From Massalongia carnosa (Eukaryota): a stretch of DNA of 64,000 nt. Where the stretch lies: positions 868,001-932,000 of the forward strand of contig OZ287069.1 of NCBI GenBank assembly GCA_965645245.1. Direction: 5' to 3'. A program made the position numbers and the translations under genes. Positions 48,230 to 60,785 of this stretch are shown here, piece after piece. Positions within the stretch are counted from its first letter, which is position 1, and each line of letters opens with the position of its first letter. Below the pieces are notes generated by a model. It had not been told where the DNA came from and did no database searches. It saw only the letters and a program-made list of their open reading frames with translations.

Positions 48230-48993
48230 CTAAAACGTAATCCCACCCCCCGTCTCAAAGAGCCCCTCAGCATCAAACGAGTCGAAAAGTCCGGCGTCCC
48301 GCTTCGCAAACCCTGCGCCCGAGCCATTAGCGACGGAACTCTCACGGCTCGAGCGCACGCACTCGAGCTCCGCGCGCAGCTGCTGAACCTCGCGCTTTAG
48401 CTGCTCGTGCGTGGTGTCGAGGGCGGTGTAAGATTTGGCAAGGGCGCTGTGCTTGGACTCAAGGTCTTCAAGCTGCTCTTCGAGGTGCTGGACGTGCTTT
48501 TCTTTGCGCTCGCGGAAGGCGCGCTGAGAGGCGCGATTTTGAGCTCGACGGCGCTACAAACGAGGGTTAGCTTCTTTGACAGGGGAAAAGGGCAATTGAT
48601 AACTTACGATGCGCATATTGGAGATGGTTTCCTTGTCTTGAGCAGTAGCTGAGCGCCTTCTTCTTCGGTCTTCGTGTTGGGGGACGGTAAGGTCCATGAA
48701 CTCGATCGAGTTGACGAGACCGGCTTGGGGGTCGAGATAGCGAGGGGCGTCTGCGGGATTGGCGTATAGACCGTACTCGAAACCGTCAATGTTGGTAAAC
48801 ATCTGAAGCAGCGACGGTCAGCAAAGCGAAGTATATACATGCTGGGAGGCAAAGAGCCTCATACCATTGGCGGAGAGGGACTTGGGTCGGTGGATCCCTC
48901 GGAGTAGCCGCACGTGCTGAGATCTGGCAGCGTTGCGTATTGCAGTGGAGAAGCGCAACAATCTGCGGCCGATGACAGATAGAGCTGATTCAT
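48230..48993 (-). CDS. Small YAP/AP-1-type bZIP transcription factor, 3 exons
   Basis: Spliced basic region RRRAQNRASQRAFRERKEKH followed by a leucine zipper LEEQLEDLESKHSAL..LKREVQQL. Confidence 0.9.
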
Positions 48994-51900
48994 AACGAAA
49001 GAATATGAAGAGTAGGTTCTGATTGAAGTACACGGCCCTAGCGAAGCAGGAGGGTTTATGTCTTATGTCTTTCTAGGTGACTTTGTTGAAAGGCTTTAGG
49101 AATCCTGATATGCCCACTACTGGCAACGGCTTGGTTCTATATATGTGCGAAATGGAGACGTCCCTTGCTCGACTGGCGACTAGCGGAATCCAGAGAAGGG
49201 AAGGGTGGGTTGGATTCCATAGCTTGGAGCCAGAACCATTCTGACTGCGAACAGGGCTGCAGCAAAAAGTTCGGCAACAAATACTCCCATCACGTCCGAC
49301 TATGTCCATGCCCATGTCCGTGTCCCTAACTGCCCAATGCCCATATACCCAACTTCTTAACCCATCCCACATATTACTGTTGAGCAAAGCCCCCACCGCT
49401 TATTCTTAACATGCTCTTCCATCACAAATAGCACGTGGGTTTAGCTGCTATTCCCAAAGGGTAAAGCTTACTGTCGCTAGCTTTCTCTCTTGCTTGAACT
49501 GGCCTAATGGAAACGAGTGTGAGTGGTCGATCGTGCCCGATTCCGCATTGAATGTCAGAAAACTGCCATGTGCTGCGTGCATATTCGTGCATTAGCCGTG
49601 CAAGCCACTTTATGTAATAAACTGGTTGCTTACATACACTTGCACCATTTCTGTCGGAGTTGCGGCCCTGAAATGCCGTTTCCTCCCAACCATCTTTTCC
49701 TTGTCCAAACTTTTGGCACCAGCATCCAACAGAACCAGTCCGGCTTCTGCCCCGCAATCCCCAATCATCCCCCAATCGCTGACTTAACATTCTGACAAAC
49801 ACTGGCGGTGAGGATACATGTACATCTTCTTCATCACTGGGAGTAGATAACTTCATGGTTTCTGTAGCTTCTCGTTCACGTCAAGAAACAATATCTGTTG
49901 TGTTGTGTGTTCAACATCGTCGTCCTCACCGCAAGTTTGATCTTTGGGCACTGTTGGTCATCGCGGGGTAAATTATCATGTGCATGTTCATTTAATGTGA
50001 CAACGCGAACGCTTGCACGGAATCTAGAGATTGCAGTCAAAAATATCCTACAGCTTGGCTGTATTGCGCAATTGACGTACCAGGAGTATTTGGAATCATA
50101 ATAGTCCAATAGTATGCCTATGATTTTTGTGTCGCACCTTCGATCTAGATCGGAATCCTCCCTTCCACCCGCGTGTGATGCCCGGACTCGGACAGTAGAT
50201 TGCTGGCCAGACTTCGTGCTATCCTAAGAAATCGTCATCCTCCACGGGAATGCGGAGTTTCGGGATGCCACGAGATTATCTTCATTCCCAGGGAGCCGGC
50301 GGACTAGCTAAACGTATCTGAAACTCCTCATCTGATAAGGGTCCAAAATGATAAATATAAACCCGTAAATGAAAAGGGAGTAAGGTGGGTGATGGTGGCC
50401 TTGCAAGAACACTTTAGGAAACTCCTGGAGGCAGTGTAGCGTGCGCAGTCCCAAAGAGGACCAGCCCCTCCATTCGTGGAACCCCTATCAAGGGCCATCC
50501 ATTGGCAGGACAAATGCATTAGGATACTCCTTTGTGTGACACCTATACATATGTTAAGCTTGACAAGTTTAACTAATTCCTGGTGGGGGGTTTCTGCCGA
50601 TTTCCCTCTGCGCCTGAGCAGTTCAACGCCCTAGGCTGCACTAGCTCTTCTTTGGAATTTGCTTAACAAGAAGCTAAGATCAAGGAAAGACCTTTTCAAT
50701 CATTTTGGAATGCTAGGAGGCATTCCTATCATGGCTTTGCAAATCCTCCTACTCAAATAAAGCTGCATAGCTGCTTTACTGATTGTACATTGAGCGGTCT
50801 CCAGCGAAAACGATGGCCAATCCTACTGCTCTATAAGAGAATAGATTGCGGGTATGGCATTTGCTATTGATGATGAAGCATAAATCGGGGCTTTCGTGAA
50901 TTCTTGGTTCCTGATCTACATAACGGTGTCGGCATGGATGTGGATCCAAAAGCTTAACATTGATTGGGTGGTAAGAGTAACACAATAAGCTGTCTTTGCC
51001 ATCCTTGACGGTCCCTAGAAAAATTTCGTCCAACTGTAATACTCATGCAGGAGACACAGTCCAAGCTCCTTGGAAATTTTTCTAACTTGCAGTGCGACAC
51101 ACCAAGATCCATCGCAATCTGAAACAGCCCTCAAGGAGCTTATGAGGCAAAGTTCATACACTAGTGACGATAGAACAGATTATTTTTTGATCCTCCATCT
51201 TTAGGAGCTGAGAACGTGCAAAGGCTTCGCTAGAGATCCCTATTTTTCGTTAGTTGATTAGAGCCTTAACGAACTGAAACTTGCTACGCCTGCCACTGGG
51301 ACTTAGTATTCAGCATGCCAATTTTACCTTCCATCCCCATAACTATCTTCGTGATCACCTGAATTGTTTTCAGGCCCAAAGACCATCTTGAAGATAATTT
51401 ATCACAGTTTACCATGGACCCCTAAGTGAAGAAACTTATACTCAAAGCTGAATGGCCCAAGCGCTTTCTGCCTCAGCATAGAGCTACTCAGTCGATATCT
51501 TGACAGTGGGCCTGTTCCTGACAAACTTGAAGTTAAGCTTTACACGCTAAATTCTTTTTAATCTGGTGGCAGCATGATCACAGGAAGCCGGAAGACCTCG
51601 GTGCATAGTCACTGATAGAAGAGAGGCTATCGAGGGAAGAATCGAGATTATTGCGCTGCCCGGCAGGCTGTATTCCATCGCGCTTGCTAAATCCCTAGGC
51701 ATTTTGTAATGGCGATGGAACCGTCAAGGTCATGAAAAGGCCTAGGGCATATTGTACGCCTGCTGTATAGAGTGAGGCCGATCAAACCGAACTTCCATAC
51801 GCGGTCGGGAGACTGTAATGAGTACAAAATCTGGACATGTCGTCGAATGGAAAATTTGAAACAAGGAAGTTGGCTGGGATTTTATTATGAAAAGATATGC

Positions 51901-53252
51901 CAAGGCAAATGTAACTCGGCCCTTGGCAGGGGTTGATATGTAGGCGAAAGTCTTGCAGGGATATACCTAGCGAACGCCTCCCAACGTGATCCTGGGTGAG
52001 ACTGCAGAAGAATGTTCCTTCTCTTTTCCTTTTCTGTAAATACTTACATAATGCACATGGCAATCAATGACCAGATAAGCGCGAGGAAACCTCAGCAGTC
52101 GATTATCCAGCGAATTGGCATTTTTCGTATATTAAAAGAAATCGACTTTAACACCGATCAAATTCATGTCTTGGAACCCGTGGATCTTGGCCGAACCTAA
52201 AAGCCATACCTAGATAAGGTAAGGTAGGAAGGTTAGATGGTTAATGCCAGGAAGACTTTACCTCGACCGCCTCTTAGTTACAGCCCGTCGGCTATCGATT
52301 GGGACGGCGGAGAAATCCGTTAAAGGCCCGCGAATATTCTCTTCCCCGATGCATAACAGACTTTCTTAACCTCTCTTAACCTTTAGCTGATGCCAACTGC
52401 AAAAAGCGTTATTTGGCCCACCTTCTCTGTAACAGAGTGACTTGGTTCATCCTGGACACGCGCCGTTTGTCCCTTGGGGGTTGTAGTTGCTCAACGTCGC
52501 TCTGCGCCACCGCTGATCTATTCCAGTAGCCTAGGTTCTCCTCATCGATAAGAAAGCCGCGACTGCACAAAGTACGTCAAGAGTCTCAATAGTTTTTCAT
52601 CCCCGCATCATTTCAAGCATGTCCGAACTCGTGGCGTGAACCACAATTGAAAATCAAAAAAGAGGCCCGGTATTGAAGCTGGCCAAAAACCGTGTGAACA
52701 ATGGATATTGTGAATAGTCAGCTTACACAATAGCGCTCACTCAGTTTCTACACGGCCGTTCATATCAGCTCTCTTTGTTTGTCGTTATTGCCAGTTTTCC
52801 TATCCATAACTATCAAACATACGAGCAGTGCTATCAAGTTTAACGTACTTAAGTTTCGATTACGAAGGACCAGCTGTGCGAGAAGTTATCAAGGGCTGTT
52901 TGATCGTTTGAAGTAGGAGACATACATCAATATCTGCCCCCTGTTATAGCATCCACGATTGACTTCTCGACGCATACCAGCATTCAAGCCTGGGGAACTT
53001 TCCCCCAACTTCATTTTTCATTGCCTACACCGGGGCTAAATCTATTGAAGCTTTTATAATTCCTTCCTGAAACTCAACCGTTCAACAGAAAGTTTGTATC
53101 TGTCTCGCATATCCCAAGTAGGGCCTTTTATCTAGGTTTCTCTACAGTACGTTTCATCTAGGTCTCGATGGCACCATTTGGCCTCAAAGCTGACAGATTA
53201 AAGACCGCACCTGCCTCACACCCTACATCAAATATAAATAGTGTGAGAGTTC

Positions 53253-54588
53253 ATGCCAATGATGTTCAACATATGTTTTCCTAAGACGGGAGGGGTAAAC
53301 GCTCTTACCCGTTCCACAAGTGAAGAGAAGAGGAGGAACAATGAGATTGAACGAATGATACGTAAAGACAGAAAACTGCAAGCAAGACAGGTCAAAATAC
53401 TGCTTCTTGGTCGGTACTCCTAACACCATGATCATTAGCCACGCATTACTGCATCTAACGTTTGGCAATCTAGGTGCTGGAGAGTCTGGGAAATCAACCA
53501 TCCTGAAACAGATGCGAATTATATATGCCGAAGGCTTTCATCTGGAGGAGCGCAAGGAAGTCCGACAAGTTATATTCTCCAACATGATCGTTGCGTTTAA
53601 AATAATCGCGGAGGAAATGCGAGAGCTCGGGGTGGATTACCAAAATAGTGAATCCCATGTAATGTTTTTCCTAAGCCTTGAGATGGTTATAGGCTAAATG
53701 TCTGGTAAGGAGTATGAGCGCATCATCGCTGCCGCAGAAGATATCGGTGTTGATGATGTTTTCCCTATCCATTGTTTAGCAGCGATGAAAGGACTCTGGC
53801 AAGACGAATCCGTACAGAATACCATCCGACGTGGCAACGAGTACGCTCTCCATGACAATATTCAATAGTAGGGCAGTCATTGTTGATCGGATGAGAAACA
53901 TTTTTGCTAACCTCTCAAAGCTATTATGCCAATATTGATCGCCTCTTCACGCTAGACTACCTTCCAAGTGATCAGGATGTTCTTCGTTCTCGTCTTCGAA
54001 CAACTGGTATCACGGAGACGCTTTTTGAGCTTGGACAACTGAATTACCACATGTTTGATGTTGGTGGGCAGCGCTCCGAAAGAAAAAAGTGGGTCCACTG
54101 CTTCGAAGGGGTTCATTGCCTTATGTTTGTGGCCGCTCTGAGTGGGTACGACCAGTGTCTGGTCGAAGACAAAACTGCCGTAAGTAGCGCATCCGACTTC
54201 GCCGTGGTATCCAAACTGTTAGGTGCTAATTCAAGCACTCGAGCAGAATCAAATGCAGGAAGCTTTGCTCTTGTTCGAGTCCATCATGAGCCTTACCTGG
54301 TTTAAGAAGTCGTCAATCATCCTTTTCCTGAATAAGATTGATCTTTTCAAGGAAAAGCTAGCCGAAAAGCCGGTGCGAGATTACTTTCCGGACTATACGG
54401 GTGCTGACGATGATTACAATGCAGCGGCAAAATATTTTGCCAACAAGTTTCGCGGTCTCAACCGGACGGAAGATAGGGAAATTTATGTTCATTATACAAA
54501 TGCTACTGACACCAACTTACTCACCATTACCATGAAGAGTGTCCAAGACACCATCATACAGGGCAATCTCACCACACTAATCTTATAG
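53253..54588 (+). CDS. Heterotrimeric G-protein alpha subunit, group II (Gna-2/GanA/MagC)-like, 5 exons
   Basis: [39 protein letters not shown] and TNAT. The N-terminus lacks the MG myristoylation signal. Confidence 0.93.
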
Positions 54589-55147
54589 TTCTAGAGAAAA
54601 AATGTGGAGGAGCCCTTGCAGATAAGGGGTTACGGTTTAATGCTTCACGTCGAGCGCTATGTAGCCAATAGCTTTTCCCTGTTATACCCAGTTGCATCGT
54701 TTCGGCGTTACTTGTTCAATGTCTCCTCCTTGCCCGGTTGACCAAAGGGGGTTCCTTGAAAAGGGATTCATGGTGTGTAGGAGCGCTTCTATGTGGGCTA
54801 AGATACGGAAACGATACTATGAGCTGTGTCATGAGTTTTTCCGTAGACTTTGATTTTTACAGCCTTAGAACATAGAATCAATAGTGACAAACGTAAAGAC
54901 ATAAATTGCATTATGTATCTTGGATATTTACCTAAATAAGGTATTTGTCTACCTGAAGTAAGAGGTATGCATGTGTATACAAAGTATGTATGTAAAGCTT
55001 GCCAAGAATTCAAGCGCTAGACTGCCTGCCAAGGCTGCCGACCACCTCCCACCAAAAGGCGATCAATCTTACCTCACGTAGAGCCGCTGAGCAAAAAAGA
55101 GAAGATCTTTTGTCCGTCTGTCTACGTTCTTCAATGGGCATGCGATC

Positions 55148-56400
55148 ATGCTTTCCCACTCTTTGAACGACGCTGCCCGAAGGGGAGCCTGGACATGTCT
55201 ATCGTGTTCTAAGGCGTGGATTGTTAGCCCATCCCGCCCACTGACAGCACGCACTCATCAACGACATCATTCTTCATCGAAACCCTCGAGTCCCCCCGAA
55301 AACGGATCTACGAGAGCTGTTGCTGACCCTGGGGAGGCTCCAAGCAAGGAAGCAGCCACGCCCGCCGCTGCTAAAGAACGAAGCGACCAGCATCAAACAA
55401 GCACGCGGGTGGGAAGACGAAAGGCTAAGGATACCATACCCCAGGAAGCAGGCAGAAGTAAAAACGAAATTTCTCTCAAGACGCCAAGTGCGCCCTCGAC
55501 GCAAGCACTAAAACCGCAGGGTAGGCTATATAGAGAGCTTCATTATGGAGATACGGTACTCACCTGAAGCTAGATATCCATGTAGCGTCCTTCTTTTCTA
55601 TCCACAGGCCGATCTCGGTCACTACCTTTGTACCCACAACCTCTACCACAACAGCCTTCTCAACCATCTTCGCCCCAAAGATCGATCAGAAATCTCAACA
55701 CCCAGACGTAACCCATACTCTCAGCTCCACCCTCGAAACCCTTGAGACCACGTCCTCGAGCCTCCAGTATCCACAAATGGACCAGCTCAGCACCGAAGAG
55801 ACCGATCTCCACGCAGCCGTCGCGCGAGCACTTTCAGGATCCAGCTTCAGCGCCAACCAGCATCAGCCACACGAGACCTTGCACCCAACCCTGAACGACC
55901 AAGAACTCACCAGGCATTTCCGTCCATTTATTCCTCCACCTCCCCCTGTTGCCGAACAATCTGCATGCAAACACGCGCGAAAAATATCCGCCACCAAGCA
56001 GAAATCCTATTCCGCTACCCTCACCATCCTCGAGAAAATCTTCCCCAATGGCAACAAGGCATACGAAACCCGCCTAGGCCGCTTCCAAGACAACAATATC
56101 CCCGATACGTCACCCTTCGCAGTTGAGAACGTTAGCAGCGACATTGCTACGGCTATTACTACAACTGACGTCACAATTTCCACTCCTTTCAGACTTCCTC
56201 GCCATCAGCAACCCTTCCTCAACCGTCTACGCTTACGCCAGCAGCAATGGGAAGCTTTCCGTGAATGCGAGCCAGGCCGTCGTCAAGTCTGGCGTGCCAT
56301 CAGCGTCAAAAGGCAACGGAGACTAAAGATCAAGAAGCATAAGTATAAGAAGTTGATGCGGCGCACACGGAACTTGCGGAGGAAGCTGGACCGTAAGTAA
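55148..56400 (+). CDS. COX24: Mitochondrial mS38/COX24 C-terminal (DUF1713) domain protein; intron 55521-55573
   Basis: Conserved SFFSIHRPIS and C-terminal ISVKRQRRLKIKKHKYKKLMRRTRNLRRKL. Confidence 0.85.
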
Positions 56401-57411
56401 GGTGGAGCTTCGAGGTAGAGTGTGGCTGTGATTGTGTGTGGGCGTGTAGATGAGAAGTCAAGGGGTAGAGGGATTTGGTCCTTTGGGATCAGGTTGAAGG
56501 GACGGGGCGGACGAGAATGAAAGGGCGGGTTAGGGAGGTAAGTAGAGCGTCGTTCAGAAGATGGTTTGCTGTTCACAAAGAAGGGAGGAGAGTATTTGGT
56601 GGTTAAGGCAGGGGGGGTAGGGAAAGACACATGCCCGGGCTCTGGTCATCCGCCCGCCCTACTTGCTCTACGCTTTCTATTTACCTCTGTTTTTTCATCA
56701 TATCCAACCTCCTTAACGGCCGCAACCTCGTGTGCATCTAGTTAACTACTCAGTATTTACCATTTAGCTGCTATGAATGATGTTATATCGGCCCCGCGGG
56801 GGGGGGGGTTCTCAGAGCACTTGCTGCTTGCAGGGAAGGGATTTAATTCTTAGTCCGCTATCTAAAGGATGGTTTGGTGATGGCAGTTTCTTGGTTACTG
56901 GGCCAAGGGGATTGGTGCCGTTGAAGGAAGGGGGGTTTACCTACGTCGGCAAGAGTCTGTAGTAACCAGGTTTACATATCGATGCCAATCGTTTTTTATT
57001 CTCCACAAATTACATATACTCGATCTGTCTGATGGTACATAAAACACATTCCCTGTCTGTACAACGTGCACGCCCAAACTTAAAAAAGATCGCAAAAAGA
57101 AACAGAATCAGCCATGGTCCAAACCCTGGAAGTAAATTTCCTAGACGGATAGGGGGAAATACAGAGATTCTACAATGGTTGGAATACGAAACGGCATAAG
57201 GATTATTCGACAGATTGAAGCTTGCTAGAGGCAGAAAAAATCGGTTGCCAAAATTCTCCCTTGTCCATCACCCACACGGTATACTCGCCTCGTTCATCTT
57301 CTTTTCAATACATAGTGGCGCAGAAAATGCAAGGCTTTCATCTTAGACGATTTTTTTGCTATCTCGTTCTTGCCCTTCTGTCTGACCATCTCTGAAAGGG
57401 GTGAATAGGTT

Positions 57412-58381
57412 CTAACATGTAACGCCTTGAGAAGCTTTTGCATTCATCAAAAGTGCGACAATCAGACCGTATAATCCTATGAGTTTAAATTTAGCGGCTT
57501 GCCGGAAAAGGTGGATGGGAATAGGCTGATCATTATACGTACCTAGCACTTCGGCGAAAATAAGAATGAGAATCATGCCAACAAACAGTCTTGGTTGCTG
57601 TGCTGAGCCACGGACACCAGCGTCACCGACAATTCCGATGGCGAAGCTGGTTGGGGATATTAGTATTGATACGTTCGTACTTTTGAATGAAAGAAACAAT
57701 AGGAAAGCTTTGTAGAGGATCGGAAAGTATTTACCCAGCAGCAAGACCGGCTAGGCCAACGCTGAGGCCTGCACCCAACTGAATGAATCCAGTGAATAGA
57801 GGTAGATTCTGCTTCAGACCATCGGAGATCAAGACCGAGACGACTAGACCATAGATACCAATGATACCAGCCATGATAACAGGCACAACGTCTGGAGTCA
57901 CGTATCAGTAGTTAATTTTGTATTTCATTATATAGAGAGGCTAGTAAGCTTATGTTTACTCTTGACGATTAGATCAGGTCTCAGGACACCCATTGCTGAG
58001 ATACCAACTCCAGACTTGGCGGTTCCATAGGCAGCACCAAAACATGTGAAGACAATGGCAGAGGTGCAGCCCATGGCACCAAAGAAGGGCTGCCAAAGCG
58101 AATTGTTAGCTAAAAGGTCGTCAAGCCCAAAATATAACCAACTAGGTGAGGGATGTGGTTAAGTTTGTCTTGAAGGAAGGCTTGACAGGTGGCACATCGA
58201 ACGGCCATAGGACGGATGGAGATACTGACAGCATACACAGGACTGTGAAGATTTCAAGGTAAGCTAATACACTTCCAAACAAGATATCTCAAATCTAAAT
58301 CATTTCCAAGACAGTATTGAAGAAGCATGCTGCTCATAGAAATCAACGGGGGGGCTTGGCATACCAAAGATCTGTAGCCAT
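57412..58381 (-). CDS. VMA3: V-ATPase 16-kDa proteolipid subunit c, 6 exons
   Basis: Spliced [64 protein letters not shown]. Confidence 0.96.
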
Positions 58382-59138
58382 CTCGAGAGCTAGGAGCGCA
58401 AGAACTCAGTGTTATTGAAGAACGGAAACGAAATGAGGGTGAGACTGTAGTGGAATGAATTCGGTGCGGTTGGGAGGAGGATATGGTTAGATGATATCTT
58501 GCTGGTGACAATGGAAGAAGATGTCAAGATCGAAGGCAGCTGAATTTAGCGATTAAATCACGTGTTCCTAAAGATGTACGACCCCTGCCTTCTTTCGAAA
58601 CCATTCAAGAGCCACCGTGAAGGAGCACTGGATGGCAGCGACTCATAGCCCTTTCACAAGCACAACAATTTCTTCCGTGCATTCGCGGAAACTACCAAAT
58701 GAAAGACCCCGACAGCACCGAATTGCGGAGAGGCCAAACAAATATCCTAGTCTTTTTCTAAGATGGAGGTCAGGTCGAAGAGATAGCCACCACTTTCGCT
58801 CCACAAAATCGACATTGAAATAACGATCTGGCCTGCATCGTCATTGGGATCACAAAGCTATGCAGCCGCTGCGTGGTTGTCTTAGCTGCATGGGTTCAAT
58901 TCAAGATCCTAACCCTTGAGGAATAAATTATAGCCTTTCTAGTGGATGGCAGTGGACAGAGGGATCTTCCTTCGACTCCTTGCCCTTAGCTGAACCTACC
59001 TTCTCATAGTAGAACACCCCAAACGGCCTCGAGGAGCAGCCACTCGGCGTTGAACGTTACGACAGGTGGAGCTAATACAATGCTCAACTGCTCTGAACAT
59101 AACGTCCTTTCGTACACAACGCGAGCAAATAAATTGCA

Positions 59139-59168
59139 AGAATACCCCAGAATACCCCAGAATACCCC
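59139..59168 (+). repeat. Tandem 10-mer (AGAATACCCC) x3
   Basis: Read directly from the sequence. Confidence 0.8.
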
Positions 59169-60785
59169 ATCAATGATAAACACATGGCAAGTCCTATCGA
59201 ATTCTCGGGGTTTTATGCTTACAGGTTTTGGAATAAAGAAAAATACCCAGCCCAAAAAGGTAAATTTCCAGTTCTGAAGAATGGAGTATGCTAGATACCT
59301 ACATGTGTTCAGTAGGATTACGAGGAGATGACTAAAGACATATTGAACGCAAAAACTCTACTACGGACACCTTTGAGTTCACCGCGGCCTTCACGCCTCC
59401 GAGATCTGTCCTCACCCCCTCTCTATATGATCGAACTAAATCGAACAAGGGGTTCGACTATATCAACTCAGCTCTAATACCTGCCTGCTTAACCTTTATT
59501 AAGTAGTAGCATATATACATGCATGGATAGCCAAATGAAGAATTAAACATATTTACAAATCAAGAATGAAAGAAAGAAAGAAAGAAAGTCAAAAGGAAGC
59601 CCACCGTCCTTGGCGATGTTCCAGGACTGGAGGTTCGGCTGTCTGGATTGATAGATGGGATAGGGAAATTCTGGTTTCTAGAGATATAGACATCAACTAT
59701 CTAGAACAACATCTATCTCGATTCATCACCAACCCTTCCTATCCCTTTTCACTCTTCTCCATCTTCCCTTTCTCTTCCCCTTCAACCCCCCCAGCCACCA
59801 CTAAATTTCAGGCAGTCCCCCATCTTCTCGCAATCACCAACCCCTAGCTACCCCTATTCAAATCATATCACAGTCTCCTCTTTCTTCTCACACAGCCTTC
59901 TCCAATTTCCCCCTCCCCCCTCAAATTTCCCCGCTATCCAATTTCCCTCTCTCTCTCTCATCCCCACGCGTGATTTTACCCAATACCCCAACAAGAGCCT
60001 GCAGCAGGGTCAATCGCTATGAAATTTTACGGAACTAGTTCAGGAGGAAGAAGGGGTAAGGAAGCAACAACTAACAAACAACTATATAAAAAATGAGGGG
60101 CCGAAGTGGATCTAAATAATTGGTTTCCTGGGAAGACGTGAATGAAGGAGCTTTTGCCGGGTAGATTTACCTAAGCAGTATACATAAGTCCCGGGGGGAA
60201 GGATCAAACGAGGATGTTGCTGAGGGAAGGTGGTGGATGGGTAAACATTATTGATACCATCGTCGTCCGAGAGCAAAGAGGGGCCATGTGCACGCATACT
60301 TCCAGACCTGCCTGCATCCCTACCTACCTAGATCCTTATGGCTTTCAAGCACAAGTCAACGTCACACTAGTTATAGATATCAGATATGTCGCTGCGGAAA
60401 AAGAAGCTTGATTTGTATTTTCATTCTCGTCATATACGTCTCGTAGCCGCCACATTAGATCTTGATCTCGAAGACGAAACGGGACGGAAAAAGCGCCAAA
60501 TAGCCAACCGCCAAAAATTCATTGTTCGTACTCATTCTCGTTAAAAGAAAGGAGGGAGGCAATAAGAGAAACAGCGAACCCCCCTTGGCCAGCCAATACG
60601 AATGCCCCCATGAACGCGAATGCAAGGATCCCTCGATAGGCCAAACGCCCCAAAGCTAAACTGCGGTAGAGTAAGAGGTATTTATGTGGAGAGCGGACAC
60701 TGGAACTAGACCCAGATAGAACTTAGGTTGGCGAAGGCGAGTGAAAGAGGCAAGTAGAAATGATAATTGGTCAAAGAATTGGCGC

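Noticed and set aside
50673..50684. U2-like GCTAAGATCAAG
   Set aside because: The GTGTAGTA branch-pairing region does not follow.
30385..57542. Apparent excess of stop-free 3n introns (gamma-tubulin 30385-30435, VMA3 57477-57542, plus homeobox and PCC1)
   Set aside because: Four among several dozen short introns is about what chance would give.
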